This document shows, one piece after another, positions 11,892-25,956 of a stretch of 64,000 nucleotides of DNA. The DNA is from Escherichia coli (GTDB lineage Bacteria; Pseudomonadota; Gammaproteobacteria; Enterobacterales; Enterobacteriaceae). A program made the translations under genes and the position numbers. How positions within the stretch are numbered: the stretch's first letter is position 1; each line of letters begins with the position of its first letter. The notes under the pieces were generated by a model. That model was not told where the DNA came from and did not search any database. It worked only from the letters and a program-made list of their open reading frames with translations. The stretch is taken from NCBI RefSeq assembly GCF_024502345.1, contig NZ_JALDNN010000001.1; one strand, given 5' to 3'.

Positions 11892-12692
11892 TTAACGTAA
11901 CGAGCGACTTTCCATCGCCTCGATGAGCACCGCATCATGTTTCAGCGTTTGCCATGCATGGATGACTTCTGCCGGAAAATCAACGTGAACGATAAAATCT
12001 CGCCCGCGGGGACCGTAGCCATCGCTATCATCGTGTAAACGCGGCAGCTCGCCAGTGAGTAGTGAGAGATAACGCTCAACCGGCCATAATCCTTGTAACT
12101 GATTAATAAAGATTACACTGTCTGCGTTATTTCCTAACTGAGGAACGAATCCGGGATAACTTAACCAGCGTGGTGCATCGGGATTGTCCCCGGTCATACG
12201 GCGGAACGTTGCCATCGTGCGCCGCTGCATGGTGGGGTCCTGTACAACGATAGCCGTATGAACTCGTTCTACGGCCTGATTCAATAGCGCGATGCTAAAG
12301 CGTGCGTTTTCACCGCAGTTTGTTGACTGGTCTTCAATCCAGATTTTTTCATGCGGAATGTGCCAGAACTGATGAGCGATATCCGCCAGGATGGTCGCTT
12401 CTGCTCTGCCAGTGGTGCGGATAGTGTTGTAGTGCGTATGCTGTGCGATGGCGCTATACAAAAATGTTGTCGAGTGACCGATACCACCACTAATCAGTAA
12501 AGGAATTTGCTGATCGCGGGCAATCTTACATGCCGCATCGATAGTCGGCATAATCGCATTGCCTGCAAGGATCACGCAATCGGCCTGATACGGCACCTCA
12601 CCGGAGAAATCATCCTGCGCCAGCCACTGTCCGATAACATTTATGGCATCTATAGTTGCCGGCGAAAGCGTCGGAAACGGGGTAATGTTCAT
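11892..12692 (-). CDS. ydcF: DUF218 (YdcF/ElyC-type) protein
   Basis: 266-aa ORF in the conserved position between aldA and hrpA. Confidence 0.8.
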   Translation of the reverse strand: MNITPFPTLSPATIDAINVIGQWLAQDDFSGEVPYQADCVILAGNAIMPTIDAACKIARDQQIPLLISGGIGHSTTFLYSAIAQHTHYNTIRTTGRAEATILADIAHQFWHIPHEKIWIEDQSTNCGENARFSIALLNQAVERVHTAIVVQDPTMQRRTMATFRRMTGDNPDAPRWLSYPGFVPQLGNNADSVIFINQLQGLWPVERYLSLLTGELPRLHDDSDGYGPRGRDFIVHVDFPAEVIHAWQTLKHDAVLIEAMESRSLR

Positions 12693-12910
12693 GGTTCCTC
12701 CTTATCGTTCCCTTAAGAATACTGCGTGAGATAATAGTGAGAAGCGGAGCACTCTGAAAGGAGGAAGTCGTATGTCCTTAACCGCCACTCCGCAAGCCTG
12801 ACATATCTTTTAAGGAAATGCTGTAGATAAACATTATTCATCTTGCAGCAGAGAATTGTATTTTTCTGAATTCCTGAATTTTTACCCTTACCATTTTAGA
12901 ATTAATAAAA

Positions 12911-12943
12911 AACCCGGCGCTAAATGCTTACCGGGTTTTTTCT
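12911..12943. terminator. Hairpin with flanking A/T runs downstream of hrpA
   Basis: AACCCGG-N14-CCGGGTT followed by TTTTTTC. Confidence 0.45.
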
Positions 12944-12963
12944 TTATCAGGCAAATAGCAGGG

Positions 12964-15900
12964 TTAACCGCTAATCTGCTCCATCGCCTGCAAAATACGC
13001 TTATCTGAAATCGGATAAGGCGTACCAAGTTGTTGAGCGAAGTAACTAACGCGCAACTCTTCTATCATCCAACGGATCTCTTTCACGTCTTCATCCTCAC
13101 GACGTGCGGGCGGCAGTTTGTTGATCCATTGCTGCCACGCCTGCTGGACGTTTTCGACTTTCAGCATCTGCGCACGGTCGCGATGTGGATCAACCGCCAG
13201 TTTTTCCAGCCGTTTTTCAATCGCCTGCAAATATCGCAGCGTGTCGCCCAGCCGTTTGAAGCCGTTACCAGTGACAAAACCGCGATATACCAACCCGCCC
13301 ATCTGCGCTTTAATGTCAGAAAGCCCCAGCGCCATGGTCATATCCACCCGCCCTTTCAGACGTTTGTTGATATTGAACACTGCCGTAAGGATTTGCTCGA
13401 CCTGCTTCGCAATATCCACCACCGTGTCGTTCAGTTCGGCACGCACTTTTTCATGCAGCGCAGCAAAGCCTTCTTCCGTCCAGACCGGGCCACCATTGGC
13501 GTCGATCAATTTATCCACACCGCAGGAGATACAGTCGTCGATCAGCTCCAGCACTTTGCCATACGGGTTAAAGTACAGTCCCAGCTTGGCTTTGTTCGGT
13601 AACTTTTCATGTAAATATTTGATTGGCGATGGAATATTCAGCAGCAGTAGACGGCGAAGACCGTTCCACATTGCCTGCTTTTGCTCCAGCGGGTTATCAA
13701 ACAGTTTGATCGCCACACTGTCGCGCTCATCCACCAGCGCCGGCCACGCCTTCACTTTGTAGTTGCCACGCTTCTGTTCGTAGCTTTCCGGCAGCTGACC
13801 AAAACTCCAGATATGTAAGCCGCTCTGCTCGATACCGTCATCCGCCACCGCAGATAGCGTTTCCTGCACTTTGCCTTTCAGCGCATCTTTCAGATCTTGT
13901 AGCGAGCGCCCTTCTTTTAGCTTCTTGTTTTTGTCATCCACCACGCGGAAGGTAATTTTCAGGTGATCAGGCACCTGATCCCAGTGCCAGTCTTCGCGGT
14001 CAACGGTAACGCCGGTCATCCGCCGTAACTCGCGCTCAAGGCTGTCGAGCAACGGTAACTCCAGCGGTTTGACGCGGCCTAAAAACGCTTCGGCATAGTT
14101 TGGCGCGGGTACAAAATTACGGCGTACCGGTTTCGGCAACGATTTAATCAGAGCAATCACCAGTTCGCGGCGCAGACCGGGGATCTGCCATTCAAACCCG
14201 CTTTCCTCAACCTGGTTAAGTAACGGCAGCGGAATATGTACGGTCACACCGTCAGCATCCGCGCCGGGCTCAAACTGATAGCTCAAACGCAGCTTGAGAT
14301 TGCCCTGATGCCAGAAGTTCGGGTAATCCAGCTTGCTGATTTTTTCTGCGCCCTCTTTGATCAACATGCTTTTTTCAAAGTTGAGCAAATCAGGGGTTTC
14401 GCGGCTGACTTTTTTCCACCAGCTGTCGAAGTGACGAGCGGAGATTACATCGTGGCTGATGCGCTGGTCGTAGAACTCAAACAACGTTTCGTCATCAACC
14501 AGAATATCGCGGCGACGTGATTTGTGTTCCAGTTCTTCCACTTCAGCCCGCAGTTTCAGGTTTTCACGGAAGAATGCGTGACGCGTCTGCCAGTCACCTT
14601 CCACCAGCGCATGGCGAATAAAGAGTTCACGACATAACGCCGGATCGATCTGGCTGTAGTTGACCTTGCGCGCGGCAACAATCGGCAAACCATAAACAGT
14701 GACTTTTTCCGTTGCCATCACCGCGCCCTGCGCCCGTTCCCAGTGCGGTTCGCTGTAGGTACGTTTAATCAAATGCTGAGCGACAGGCTCCACCCATTCC
14801 GGGTCGATACGCGCAGCAATGCGCCCCCACAGGCGGCTGGTTTCTACCAGTTCCGCCACCATTACCCATTTCGGCGGTTTTTTGAATAAACCAGAACCGG
14901 GGAAGATGGAGAAACGCGCGTTACGTGCGCCGGTATATTCTTGTTTATCGGCATCTTTCATGCCGATATGGGATAGTAAACCCGTCAGCAACGCAATGTG
15001 AATTTCGCGATACTCCGCCGGTTCGCTGTTAACCGGAATGCCAAGTTCTTTCACCACCTGACGCAACTGGGTGTAGATATCCTGCCATTCGCGCACGCGC
15101 AGATAGTTGAGATAATCGGTACGACACAGGCGACGGAAGGCGTTTGAAGAAAGCGCCTTTTGCTGCTCGCCAAGATAATTCCACAGATTTACAAACGCGA
15201 GGAAGTCGGATTCTTTGTCGTGGAAGCGACGATGTTTTTCGTCCGATGCCTGCTGTTTGTCCATCGGCCGCTCACGCGGGTCCTGAATGGAGAGCGCGGA
15301 CGTGATAATCATCGCCTCACGCACGCAGCCATGTTTCTGCGCTTCCAGCACCATACGCGCCAGACGTGGGTCGACAGGCAACTGCGAGAGCTGGCGACCG
15401 AGCGGCGTCAGTTTATAGGCGCTGGCCTGTTCATCCGTGGTGATCGCGCCCAGCTCTTCGAGCAGACGCACGCCATCCTGGATATTGCGTTTATCCGGTG
15501 CTTCGACAAACGGGAACGCAGCGATATCGCCCAGCCCCAGCGCGGTCATCTGCAAAATAACCGAGGCCAGGTTGGTACGCAGAATCTCCGGATCGGTAAA
15601 CTCCGGGCGCGAGAGGAAATCGTCTTCGGAATAGAGACGAATACAGATCCCTTCGGACACACGACCACAACGGCCTTTACGCTGATTGGCAGACGCCTGT
15701 GAAATGGGTTCAATCGGCAAACGCTGCACTTTGGTGCGATAGCTGTAGCGGCTGATACGCGCCGTACCGGGGTCGATAACGTATTTAATCCCCGGTACAG
15801 TCAGCGAGGTTTCCGCGACGTTGGTCGCCAGCACAATGCGTCGCCCGCTGTGCGACTGGAACACGCGGTTCTGTTCGCTATTCGAAAGCCGCGCATAAAG

Positions 15901-16866
15901 CGGCAAGATTTCGGTATGGCGTAAGTTCAGCTTGTTCAGCGCATCGGCGGTATCGCGAATTTCCCGCTCGCCGCTCATAAAGATCAGAATGTCGCCAGGG
16001 CTTTCCTGGCTCAGTTCGTCTACGGCGTCAAAAATCGCCTGCAACTGATCGCGCTCGGTGTCATCGGCTTCTTCAACAATCGGGCGATAGCGCACTTCCA
16101 CCGGATAGGTCCGACCGGAGACTTCGATAATCGGCGCATTATTAAAGTGGCGAGAAAAGCGTTCCGGGTCGATAGTCGCGGAAGTGATAATGATTTTTAG
16201 GTCAGGACGCCGCGGCAGCAACTCTTTCAAATAGCCGAGCAGAAAATCGATATTCAGGCTGCGTTCGTGTGCTTCGTCAATAATGATGGTGTCGTACTGC
16301 ATCAGCAGGCGGTCTTGCTGGATCTCCGCCAGCAGGATACCGTCGGTCATCAGCTTGACCATCGTGTTATCACTTACGTGATCGCTGAAACGCACTTTGT
16401 AACCGATGCAACCGCCTGGCTCCGTTTTCAGCTCTTCCGCAATACGGTTCGCCACCGTTCTTGCCGCCAGACGACGCGGCTGGGTATGGCCGATCAGTCC
16501 TTTAATCCCGCGCCCCAGCTCCATACAGATTTTCGGTAGCTGAGTCGTTTTACCGGAACCGGTTTCCCCGGCGACGATCACCACCTGGTGATCACGAATC
16601 GCTTCGAGAATGTCCTGTTTTTTCTGACTAACCGGCAAATTGTCCGGATAAGTGATTTCCGGACGTGCCGCTTCACGCAGCAGGACTTTCCCTGCCGCCT
16701 GGTCAATCTCTTTCGCCATCTCCTGGAAAATGGCCTGTTGTGCATCAGGATTTTTAACCTTCTTCACACCGTGCAGACGGCGAGAAAAACGCTGTCTGTC
16801 GCGCAGCATCAGCGAATCCAGCCGCTGCTGCAAGACTGTAAAGGTCAATTTTTGTTGTTCTGTCAT
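12964..16866 (-). CDS. hrpA: ATP-dependent RNA helicase HrpA (DEAH box)
   Basis: 1300 aa; GETGSGKTTQ Walker A and DEAH motifs plus HA2/OB domains. Confidence 0.9.
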   Translation of the reverse strand: MTEQQKLTFTVLQQRLDSLMLRDRQRFSRRLHGVKKVKNPDAQQAIFQEMAKEIDQAAGKVLLREAARPEITYPDNLPVSQKKQDILEAIRDHQVVIVAGETGSGKTTQLPKICMELGRGIKGLIGHTQPRRLAARTVANRIAEELKTEPGGCIGYKVRFSDHVSDNTMVKLMTDGILLAEIQQDRLLMQYDTIIIDEAHERSLNIDFLLGYLKELLPRRPDLKIIITSATIDPERFSRHFNNAPIIEVSGRTYPVEVRYRPIVEEADDTERDQLQAIFDAVDELSQESPGDILIFMSGEREIRDTADALNKLNLRHTEILPLYARLSNSEQNRVFQSHSGRRIVLATNVAETSLTVPGIKYVIDPGTARISRYSYRTKVQRLPIEPISQASANQRKGRCGRVSEGICIRLYSEDDFLSRPEFTDPEILRTNLASVILQMTALGLGDIAAFPFVEAPDKRNIQDGVRLLEELGAITTDEQASAYKLTPLGRQLSQLPVDPRLARMVLEAQKHGCVREAMIITSALSIQDPRERPMDKQQASDEKHRRFHDKESDFLAFVNLWNYLGEQQKALSSNAFRRLCRTDYLNYLRVREWQDIYTQLRQVVKELGIPVNSEPAEYREIHIALLTGLLSHIGMKDADKQEYTGARNARFSIFPGSGLFKKPPKWVMVAELVETSRLWGRIAARIDPEWVEPVAQHLIKRTYSEPHWERAQGAVMATEKVTVYGLPIVAARKVNYSQIDPALCRELFIRHALVEGDWQTRHAFFRENLKLRAEVEELEHKSRRRDILVDDETLFEFYDQRISHDVISARHFDSWWKKVSRETPDLLNFEKSMLIKEGAEKISKLDYPNFWHQGNLKLRLSYQFEPGADADGVTVHIPLPLLNQVEESGFEWQIPGLRRELVIALIKSLPKPVRRNFVPAPNYAEAFLGRVKPLELPLLDSLERELRRMTGVTVDREDWHWDQVPDHLKITFRVVDDKNKKLKEGRSLQDLKDALKGKVQETLSAVADDGIEQSGLHIWSFGQLPESYEQKRGNYKVKAWPALVDERDSVAIKLFDNPLEQKQAMWNGLRRLLLLNIPSPIKYLHEKLPNKAKLGLYFNPYGKVLELIDDCISCGVDKLIDANGGPVWTEEGFAALHEKVRAELNDTVVDIAKQVEQILTAVFNINKRLKGRVDMTMALGLSDIKAQMGGLVYRGFVTGNGFKRLGDTLRYLQAIEKRLEKLAVDPHRDRAQMLKVENVQQAWQQWINKLPPARREDEDVKEIRWMIEELRVSYFAQQLGTPYPISDKRILQAMEQISG

Positions 16867-17057
16867 AACGTTAGAGGGCAGTAGGCTGCCTGATTAATTT
16901 TCTTTTAAATGATAGATATAGAGTACCACATCGCGGCTTTCTATGCGTTGTTCAATAAATTCGAACATAGGCTTCGATTTATTGCGCTATCTCTGTGGCA
17001 GGATTGTGAATAAAGTGTCAGCAAGCAACGGGGCATCGCCCATTCAAACATCTATAA

Positions 17058-17672
<615 letters not shown>

Positions 17673-17680
17673 CCGGACAC

Positions 17681-17719
17681 GATCTTGATGTGGACTGTAG
17701 TTCAGTCCACATCAAGATC
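17681..17719. terminator. Perfect 16-bp inverted repeat between convergent azoR and ynbD
   Basis: GATCTTGATGTGGACT-gtagttc-AGTCCACATCAAGATC. Confidence 0.45.
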
Positions 17720-17722
17720 CAC

Positions 17723-20637
<2,915 letters not shown>

Positions 20638-21694
20638 GGCTTTGTTGAATAAATCGAACTTTTGCTGAGTTGAAGGATCAGATCACGTATCTTCCCGACA
20701 ACGCAGACCGTTCCGTGGCAAAGCAAAAGTTCAAAATCACCAACTGGCCCACCTACAATAAAGCCCTCATCAACCGTGGCTCCATAACTTTCTGGCTGGA
20801 TGATGAAGCTATTCAGGCCTGGTATGAGTCAGCAACACCTTCTTCACGAGGCAGACCTCAGCGCTATTCTGACCTTGCCATCACGACTGTGCTGGTCATT
20901 AAACGCGTATTCAGGCTGACCCTGCGCGCTGCGCAGGGCTTTATTGATTCCATTTTTTCTCTGATGAACGTTCCGCTACGCTGCCCGGATTACAGCTGTG
21001 TCAGCAGGCGGGCAAAGTCGGTTAATGTCAGTTTCAAAACGCCCACCCGGGGTGAAATCGCACACCTGGTAATTGATTCCACCGGGCTGAAGGTCTTCGG
21101 TGAAGGCGAGTGGAAAGTCAAAAAGCATGGCCAGGAACGCCGCCGTATCTGGCGTAAGCTGCATCTCGCCGTTGACAGTAAAACACATGAAATCATCTGC
21201 GCTGACCTGTCGCTGAACAACGTTACGGACTCAGAGGCCTTCCCCGGGTTAATCCGGCAAACCCACCGGAAAATCAGGTCAGCCGCCGCCGATGGCGCTT
21301 ACGATACCCGGCTATGTCACGATGAACTGCGGCGTAAGAAAATCAGCGCGCTTATCCCTCCCCGAAAAGGTGCGGGTTACTGGCCCGGTGAATATGCAGA
21401 CCGTAACCGTGCAGTGGCTAATCAGCGAATGACCGGGAGTAATGCGCGGTGGAAATGGACAACAGATTACAACCGTCGCTCGATAGCGGAAACGGCGATG
21501 TACCGGGTAAAACAGCTGTTCGGGGGTTCACTGACACTGCGTGACTACGATGGTCAGGTTGCAGAGGCTATGGCCCTGGTACGAGCGCTGAACAAAATGA
21601 CGAAAGCAGGTATGCCTGAAAGCGTGCGTATTGCCTGAAAACACAACCCGCTACGGGGGAGACTTACCCGAAATCTGATTTATTCAACAAAGCC
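20638..21694 (+). mobile_element. IS903-group (IS5 family) insertion sequence, 1057 bp
   Basis: Perfect 18-bp terminal inverted repeats GGCTTTGTTGAATAAATC at 20638..20655 and 21677..21694; a single transposase ORF; the flanking 9-mers ACGAGATGT and GAGTGATGC do not match, so there is no target-site duplication. Confidence 0.9.
20670..21638 (+). CDS. IS903-type DDE transposase
   Basis: Translation ...WPTYNKALINRGSITFWLDDEAIQAWYESATPSSRGRPQRYSDLAITTVLVIKRVFRLTLRAAQGF... matches the remembered IS903/IS102 transposase; the true start may be internal to the listed ORF. Confidence 0.85.
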   Translation: MKDQITYLPDNADRSVAKQKFKITNWPTYNKALINRGSITFWLDDEAIQAWYESATPSSRGRPQRYSDLAITTVLVIKRVFRLTLRAAQGFIDSIFSLMNVPLRCPDYSCVSRRAKSVNVSFKTPTRGEIAHLVIDSTGLKVFGEGEWKVKKHGQERRRIWRKLHLAVDSKTHEIICADLSLNNVTDSEAFPGLIRQTHRKIRSAAADGAYDTRLCHDELRRKKISALIPPRKGAGYWPGEYADRNRAVANQRMTGSNARWKWTTDYNRRSIAETAMYRVKQLFGGSLTLRDYDGQVAEAMALVRALNKMTKAGMPESVRIA

Positions 21695-22038
21695 GAGTGA
21701 TGCGTTACTTTCCGGTAAAAATAAAAAGGTAAATAGAGCGCAATATCGGAAATAACATCGCCAGTTTCATTCAAAATCGCCCCCAGACGTGTTTGCTGAT
21801 TGCACTCACGCGCCAACATGCCATCCAGCGCATTGAGCGCCATACGGATAAAAAGCACGATGGGCAATAGCAAAAAGAGGATGGGTTGTGCCACCAACAC
21901 CAACAGCAATCCGGTAAAAAGAGAAAGCGCCAGTGCCGTAAGAGTGATGTGATTCGCTGTAACGTGGTGCTTATAAAGCCAAAACATCGTCGGCCTTAAC
22001 AGCGACTGAAAGAGCGGTTTTATCTGGTAGAGCGTCAT
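21695..22038 (-). pseudogene. ynbA: CDP-alcohol phosphatidyltransferase YnbA, N-terminal ~114 codons only, 3' end replaced by the IS
   Basis: MTLYQIKPLFQSLLRPTMFWLYKHH... membrane protein; the ORF runs into the IS right end, against a remembered 201-aa full length. Confidence 0.5.
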
Positions 22039-22336
22039 TTATCATTCCGTGATATTCAGTTTGCTCTATGGTGCATCAATTGTGATGGCGGAGATATCAC
22101 AACGCGGAGCATCAACGTAAATTCGGAATATATCAAGATGTGGTGGATGGTTTTCCTACACATCTGTTTGATTACCGACTGGATGTCAGTGAGATACCAT
22201 CGATCACTGTACGAATCAATGAATCCATTGCCTTTTCCCTGATTATCCAGCCGCAAATCCTGGCCTTAAACATATGCACTCCATGCCATTAAAAAAGAAA
22301 CAAAAGGGAAATGCATCTTTCCCTTTTGTATATTCG

Positions 22337-23197
22337 TTATTCTCGCGAAATACCATCCAACGTAGACAACACTTCCTCAGAAAGATGCAATTTTTCAGCA
22401 GCCATATTCTCCCGTAAATGCGCAACAGAAGACGTCCCTGGGATCAGCAAAATATTCGGTGAACGTTGTAACAGCCACGCCAGCGCCACCTGCATGGGTG
22501 TTGCACCCAGGCTCGCAGCAACATCGGAAAGTGTGGACGATTGCAGCGGTGTAAAGCCCCCGAGCGGGAAGAACGGCACGTAGGCAATGCCATCGTGGGC
22601 CAAAGCATCAATCATTGCATCATCAGCACGGTGCGCGATGTTGTATTCGTTTTGCACACAGACAATTTCGGCAATCTTGCGCGCCTCTGCAACCTGCGTC
22701 GGTGTGACATTGCTCAGGCCAATATGTTTTACCAGGCCTTGTTGTTGCATCTCTGCCAGCACGGTCAGGCTGGCCTCAATCGATCCTTCCGCTGGGCCAT
22801 GACCATCCCCCATCATAACGCGCAGGTTAACCACATCCAGCACGTCCAGCCCGAGATTACGTAGATTATCGTGCACCGCTTTTTGCAGCTCTGCCGGAGA
22901 AAATGCGGGCAACCAGGAAGCGTCCTCTCCACGCCGCGCACCAATTTTAGTGACAATTGTCAGGTCGTCAGAGTAAGGATAAAGCGCTTCGCGGATAATC
23001 TGATTGGTGACGTGCGGACCATAAAAGTCGCTGGTATCAATGTGAGTGACGCCCAATGCCAGCGCCTCACGCAGCACAGTTATAGCGACGTGGCGATCTC
23101 TTGGGGGACCAAAAACCCCAGGACCTGCCAGTTGCATCGCGCCATAACCAAGACGGTTAACGGATTTTGTACCGAGAGTAAATGTATTGCTGCTCAT
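22337..23197 (-). CDS. ydbC: Aldo-keto reductase YdbC
   Basis: 286 aa, MSSNTFTLGTKSVNRLGYGAMQLAG..., AKR family; followed by a hairpin plus T-run near 22296..22330. Confidence 0.85.
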   Translation of the reverse strand: MSSNTFTLGTKSVNRLGYGAMQLAGPGVFGPPRDRHVAITVLREALALGVTHIDTSDFYGPHVTNQIIREALYPYSDDLTIVTKIGARRGEDASWLPAFSPAELQKAVHDNLRNLGLDVLDVVNLRVMMGDGHGPAEGSIEASLTVLAEMQQQGLVKHIGLSNVTPTQVAEARKIAEIVCVQNEYNIAHRADDAMIDALAHDGIAYVPFFPLGGFTPLQSSTLSDVAASLGATPMQVALAWLLQRSPNILLIPGTSSVAHLRENMAAEKLHLSEEVLSTLDGISRE

Positions 23198-23425
23198 CGC
23201 ACCCTGCCCTGTAATAAAACGGATTGAGAAAAATCAGTATAGAAACGAAAAGAGATAAATAATGCGAAGGCGTAAACAAGATTACTGGATGAGTTGCTCT
23301 ATTGTCCTGAAAAACACAAAACAAAACGCGTCAAGTACCGCATCCGGCAATAAAAAACCGCAACCTGTATAGCGTTGCGGTTTAGGTATCACATGCTAAA
23401 AATTAGAATGTTCAGTATCTGGACG

Positions 23426-24016
23426 TTACTGTTTCGGTCGCAGATTCTCATCAAATACCAGACGTTTCCTGTTCGGTTCAACTTCCCGCAATGGCTCAAC
23501 TTGATGCAACGTCTGCTTACAACGAGTCACCAGCACCTGATACTCATGCGTACCCTGCTTTTTCCATGCCAGCTCCTGCTCACTGAGTTCACGAATCGCT
23601 TTCGCCGGGCTGCCGACAATCAGGTAATTGGCAGGCATTTCTGCTTTGGCTTTCACAAATGCGGATGCGCCAACAATGCTGTTCTCGCCAATCACCGCGC
23701 CGTCCATCACTACCGCGTTCATTCCCACTAATGCATTGCGGCGGATAATGCAACCATGAAGGATAGCGCTATGACCAATATGCCCATCTTCTTCCACGAC
23801 AGTATCCTGTTCGGGAAAACCGTGCATAACGCAATTATCCTGAATGTTCGCGCCATCTTTCACTACGATACGACCAAAATCGCCACGCAGATTGGCATTT
23901 GGCCCAACGTAAACGCCCTTGCCGAGAATAACATCGCCGATCAATACCGCTGTCGGATGGACAAAACTCTCTTCTGGCACAACCGGAGTCAGACCATCTA
24001 TCTGGTAAATTGGCAT
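23426..24016 (-). CDS. paaY: Hexapeptide-repeat thioesterase PaaY, apparently intact
   Basis: 196 aa, [34 protein letters not shown]... Confidence 0.85.
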   Translation of the reverse strand: MPIYQIDGLTPVVPEESFVHPTAVLIGDVILGKGVYVGPNANLRGDFGRIVVKDGANIQDNCVMHGFPEQDTVVEEDGHIGHSAILHGCIIRRNALVGMNAVVMDGAVIGENSIVGASAFVKAKAEMPANYLIVGSPAKAIRELSEQELAWKKQGTHEYQVLVTRCKQTLHQVEPLREVEPNRKRLVFDENLRPKQ

Positions 24017-24555
24017 AACGCCTCCTGTTCAATATTCAAACCGCCAAAACGTTGAAAATACAGGCTTCCCGGCGCAGGCAGTTCACCGACCGAGGTTTCA
24101 CCTTTTTCACTAACGAACGCTAAAGCAGCAGGCGCTACGCGCTGATAAATGTTGATACACAGCTGACGCGCCGTATGCCCTGCCCAGTGCGCCGGAAGCA
24201 ACTCCTCTGGCAACAATGGGTCTTTAAGGACGACACGGCGATAAAAATGGATCAGTAAAAGCTGAATATGAAATGCACGCTCCGGGGTTAACTCGTCTGC
24301 TGCCTCTTTTAACAGCGGCACCAGCGGGCGGAATGACTGAATAAAGGTTTCGTACATGGCATTTTGTTCAGTTAAATGCCAGCACTCTTCCACTCTGGCA
24401 CGCAGTGCTGCACGAGAAAGCGCCAGTGGTATTTGCGCTTCAAAACAAATCACGTTATCCGCCAGAAGGGCATTATTTAGCGCATTACGTGCGGCGGGAC
24501 GGTTAAGGGTCAGCAACAATACTTGTTGCTGACGGCTGACGATCAGTTCGCTCAT
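23998..24555 (-). pseudogene. Deletion-fusion remnant: first ~31 codons of paaF joined in frame to the C-terminal ~150 codons of paaX
   Basis: Translation MSELIVSRQQQVLLLTLNRPAARNALNNALL (PaaF N-terminus) continues directly into ADNVICFEAQIPLALSRAALRARVEECWHL... (PaaX C-terminal half). Confidence 0.6.
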
Positions 24556-25193
24556 GCCATCCCCTTCGCGTCAAAGTCAACCACCACATCGCTGGTCAGC
24601 GGCAGTGCCTGGCAACTCAACACATAGCCTGCGGCCAGTTCATCCGGTTCCAGACTGTAATTGGTTTCCATCGCCACTTTGCCACGCAGCACTTTGCATT
24701 TGCAGGTCGCACAGACGCCGCCTTTGCAGGCATAGGGCAGATCAGCCCCCTGGCGCAATGCCGCATCGAGAATGCTTTCATCGTCGGCATTAAGCACGAT
24801 TTCCCGATCCCGCCCATCCTGACGTACAGTCACTTTTTGTCCGTCACTTTGCACGTTAACGCTACGTTTGACGCGCGTGCCAGGCGTATTAAACCGCTCC
24901 AGATGAATGGTTTTATCTGGCATTCCCAGTGCTTTTAAGGCGGCTTCCGTCTCATCCATCATCGCCGCCGGACCACAAATAAATGCCTCATCATAAAGAC
25001 GAAAATTAATGAGCGAGGCCCCAAGTGACTGTAATTTTTCACCGTCAATACGCCCGTGAAGCAGATCGCTGTCGAGGGTTTCCTGACTGAAAATGCACAA
25101 CAACTGTAAACGCTGAGGATATTTGTCTTTCAGGTCTGCCAGTGCCTGGCGAAACATCATGCTCTGGCTGGTACGGTTACCGTAGATCAGGGT
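24552..25193 (-). pseudogene. paaE: paaE remnant, C-terminal ~200 codons (NAD-binding and 2Fe-2S ferredoxin domains), N-terminus deleted
   Basis: MMFRQALADLKDKYPQRLQLL...CKGGVCATCKCKV... matches the PaaE C-terminus; PaaE-like sequence ([11 protein letters not shown]) extends upstream to about 25193 and then stops. Confidence 0.6.
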
Positions 25194-25956
25194 GATGCCC
25201 GCACAAAACCAGCGACATGCTCTGCAACTGGCTTGTGCAGGCGGCGGTAGCCTTGCGGGAACGCTGGTGACGGCTGATCCGCAAATTGCGCGTCAGTTTA
25301 TTGCCGACGCGGCACGTACGCATGGGCGAATTCAGATCCTCAATGAAGAATCGGCAAAAGAATCCACCGGGCATGGCTCCCCACTGCCACAACTGTTACA
25401 TGGTGGGCCTGGTCGCGCAGGAGGCGGTGAAGAATTAGGTGGTTTACGAGCGGTGAAACATTACATGCAGCGAACCGCTGTTCAGGGTAGTCCGACGATG
25501 CTTGCCGCTATCAGTAAACAGTGGGTGCGCGGTGCGAAAGTCGAAGAAGATCGTATTCATCCGTTCCGCAAATATTTTGAGGAGCTGCAACCAGGCGACA
25601 GCCTGTTGACTCCCCGCCGCACAATGACAGAGGCCGATATTGTTAACTTTGCTTGCCTCAGCGGCGATCATTTCTATGCACATATGGATAAAATTGCTGC
25701 TGCCGAATCTATTTTTGGTGAGCGTGTGGTACATGGATATTTTGTGCTTTCTGCGGCTGCGGGTCTGTTTGTCGATGCCGGTGTCGGTCCGGTCATAGCT
25801 AACTACGGGCTGGAAAACTTGCGTTTTATCGAACCCGTAAAACCAGGCGATACCATCCAGGTGCGTCTCACCTGTAAGCGCAAGACGCTGAAAAAACAGC
25901 GTAGCGCAGAAGAAAAACCAACAGGTGTGGTGGAATGGGCGGTATGGGCACGCTAA
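25192..25956 (+). pseudogene. paaZ: paaZ remnant: end of the aldehyde-dehydrogenase domain plus the MaoC hotdog domain, without N-terminus or native C-terminal end
   Basis: [35 protein letters not shown]... [48 protein letters not shown]... corresponds to PaaZ from about residue 430. Confidence 0.6.

Noticed and set aside
13030-13762. Two plus-strand ORFs of 190 and 214 aa inside hrpA
   Set aside because: They are antisense to a strongly supported 1300-aa helicase gene; their low-complexity Ser/Arg-rich translations are typical of out-of-frame reading.
20638-21694. Composite transposon or cargo genes associated with the IS
   Set aside because: Only a single IS copy is present and both flanks are recognisable core chromosomal genes; there is no second copy or passenger ORF in the window.
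22056-22425. Two small minus-strand ORFs in the ynbA-ydbC spacer
   Set aside because: They have no ribosome-binding context and no recognisable domain; one overlaps the ydbC 3' end and its terminator hairpin.
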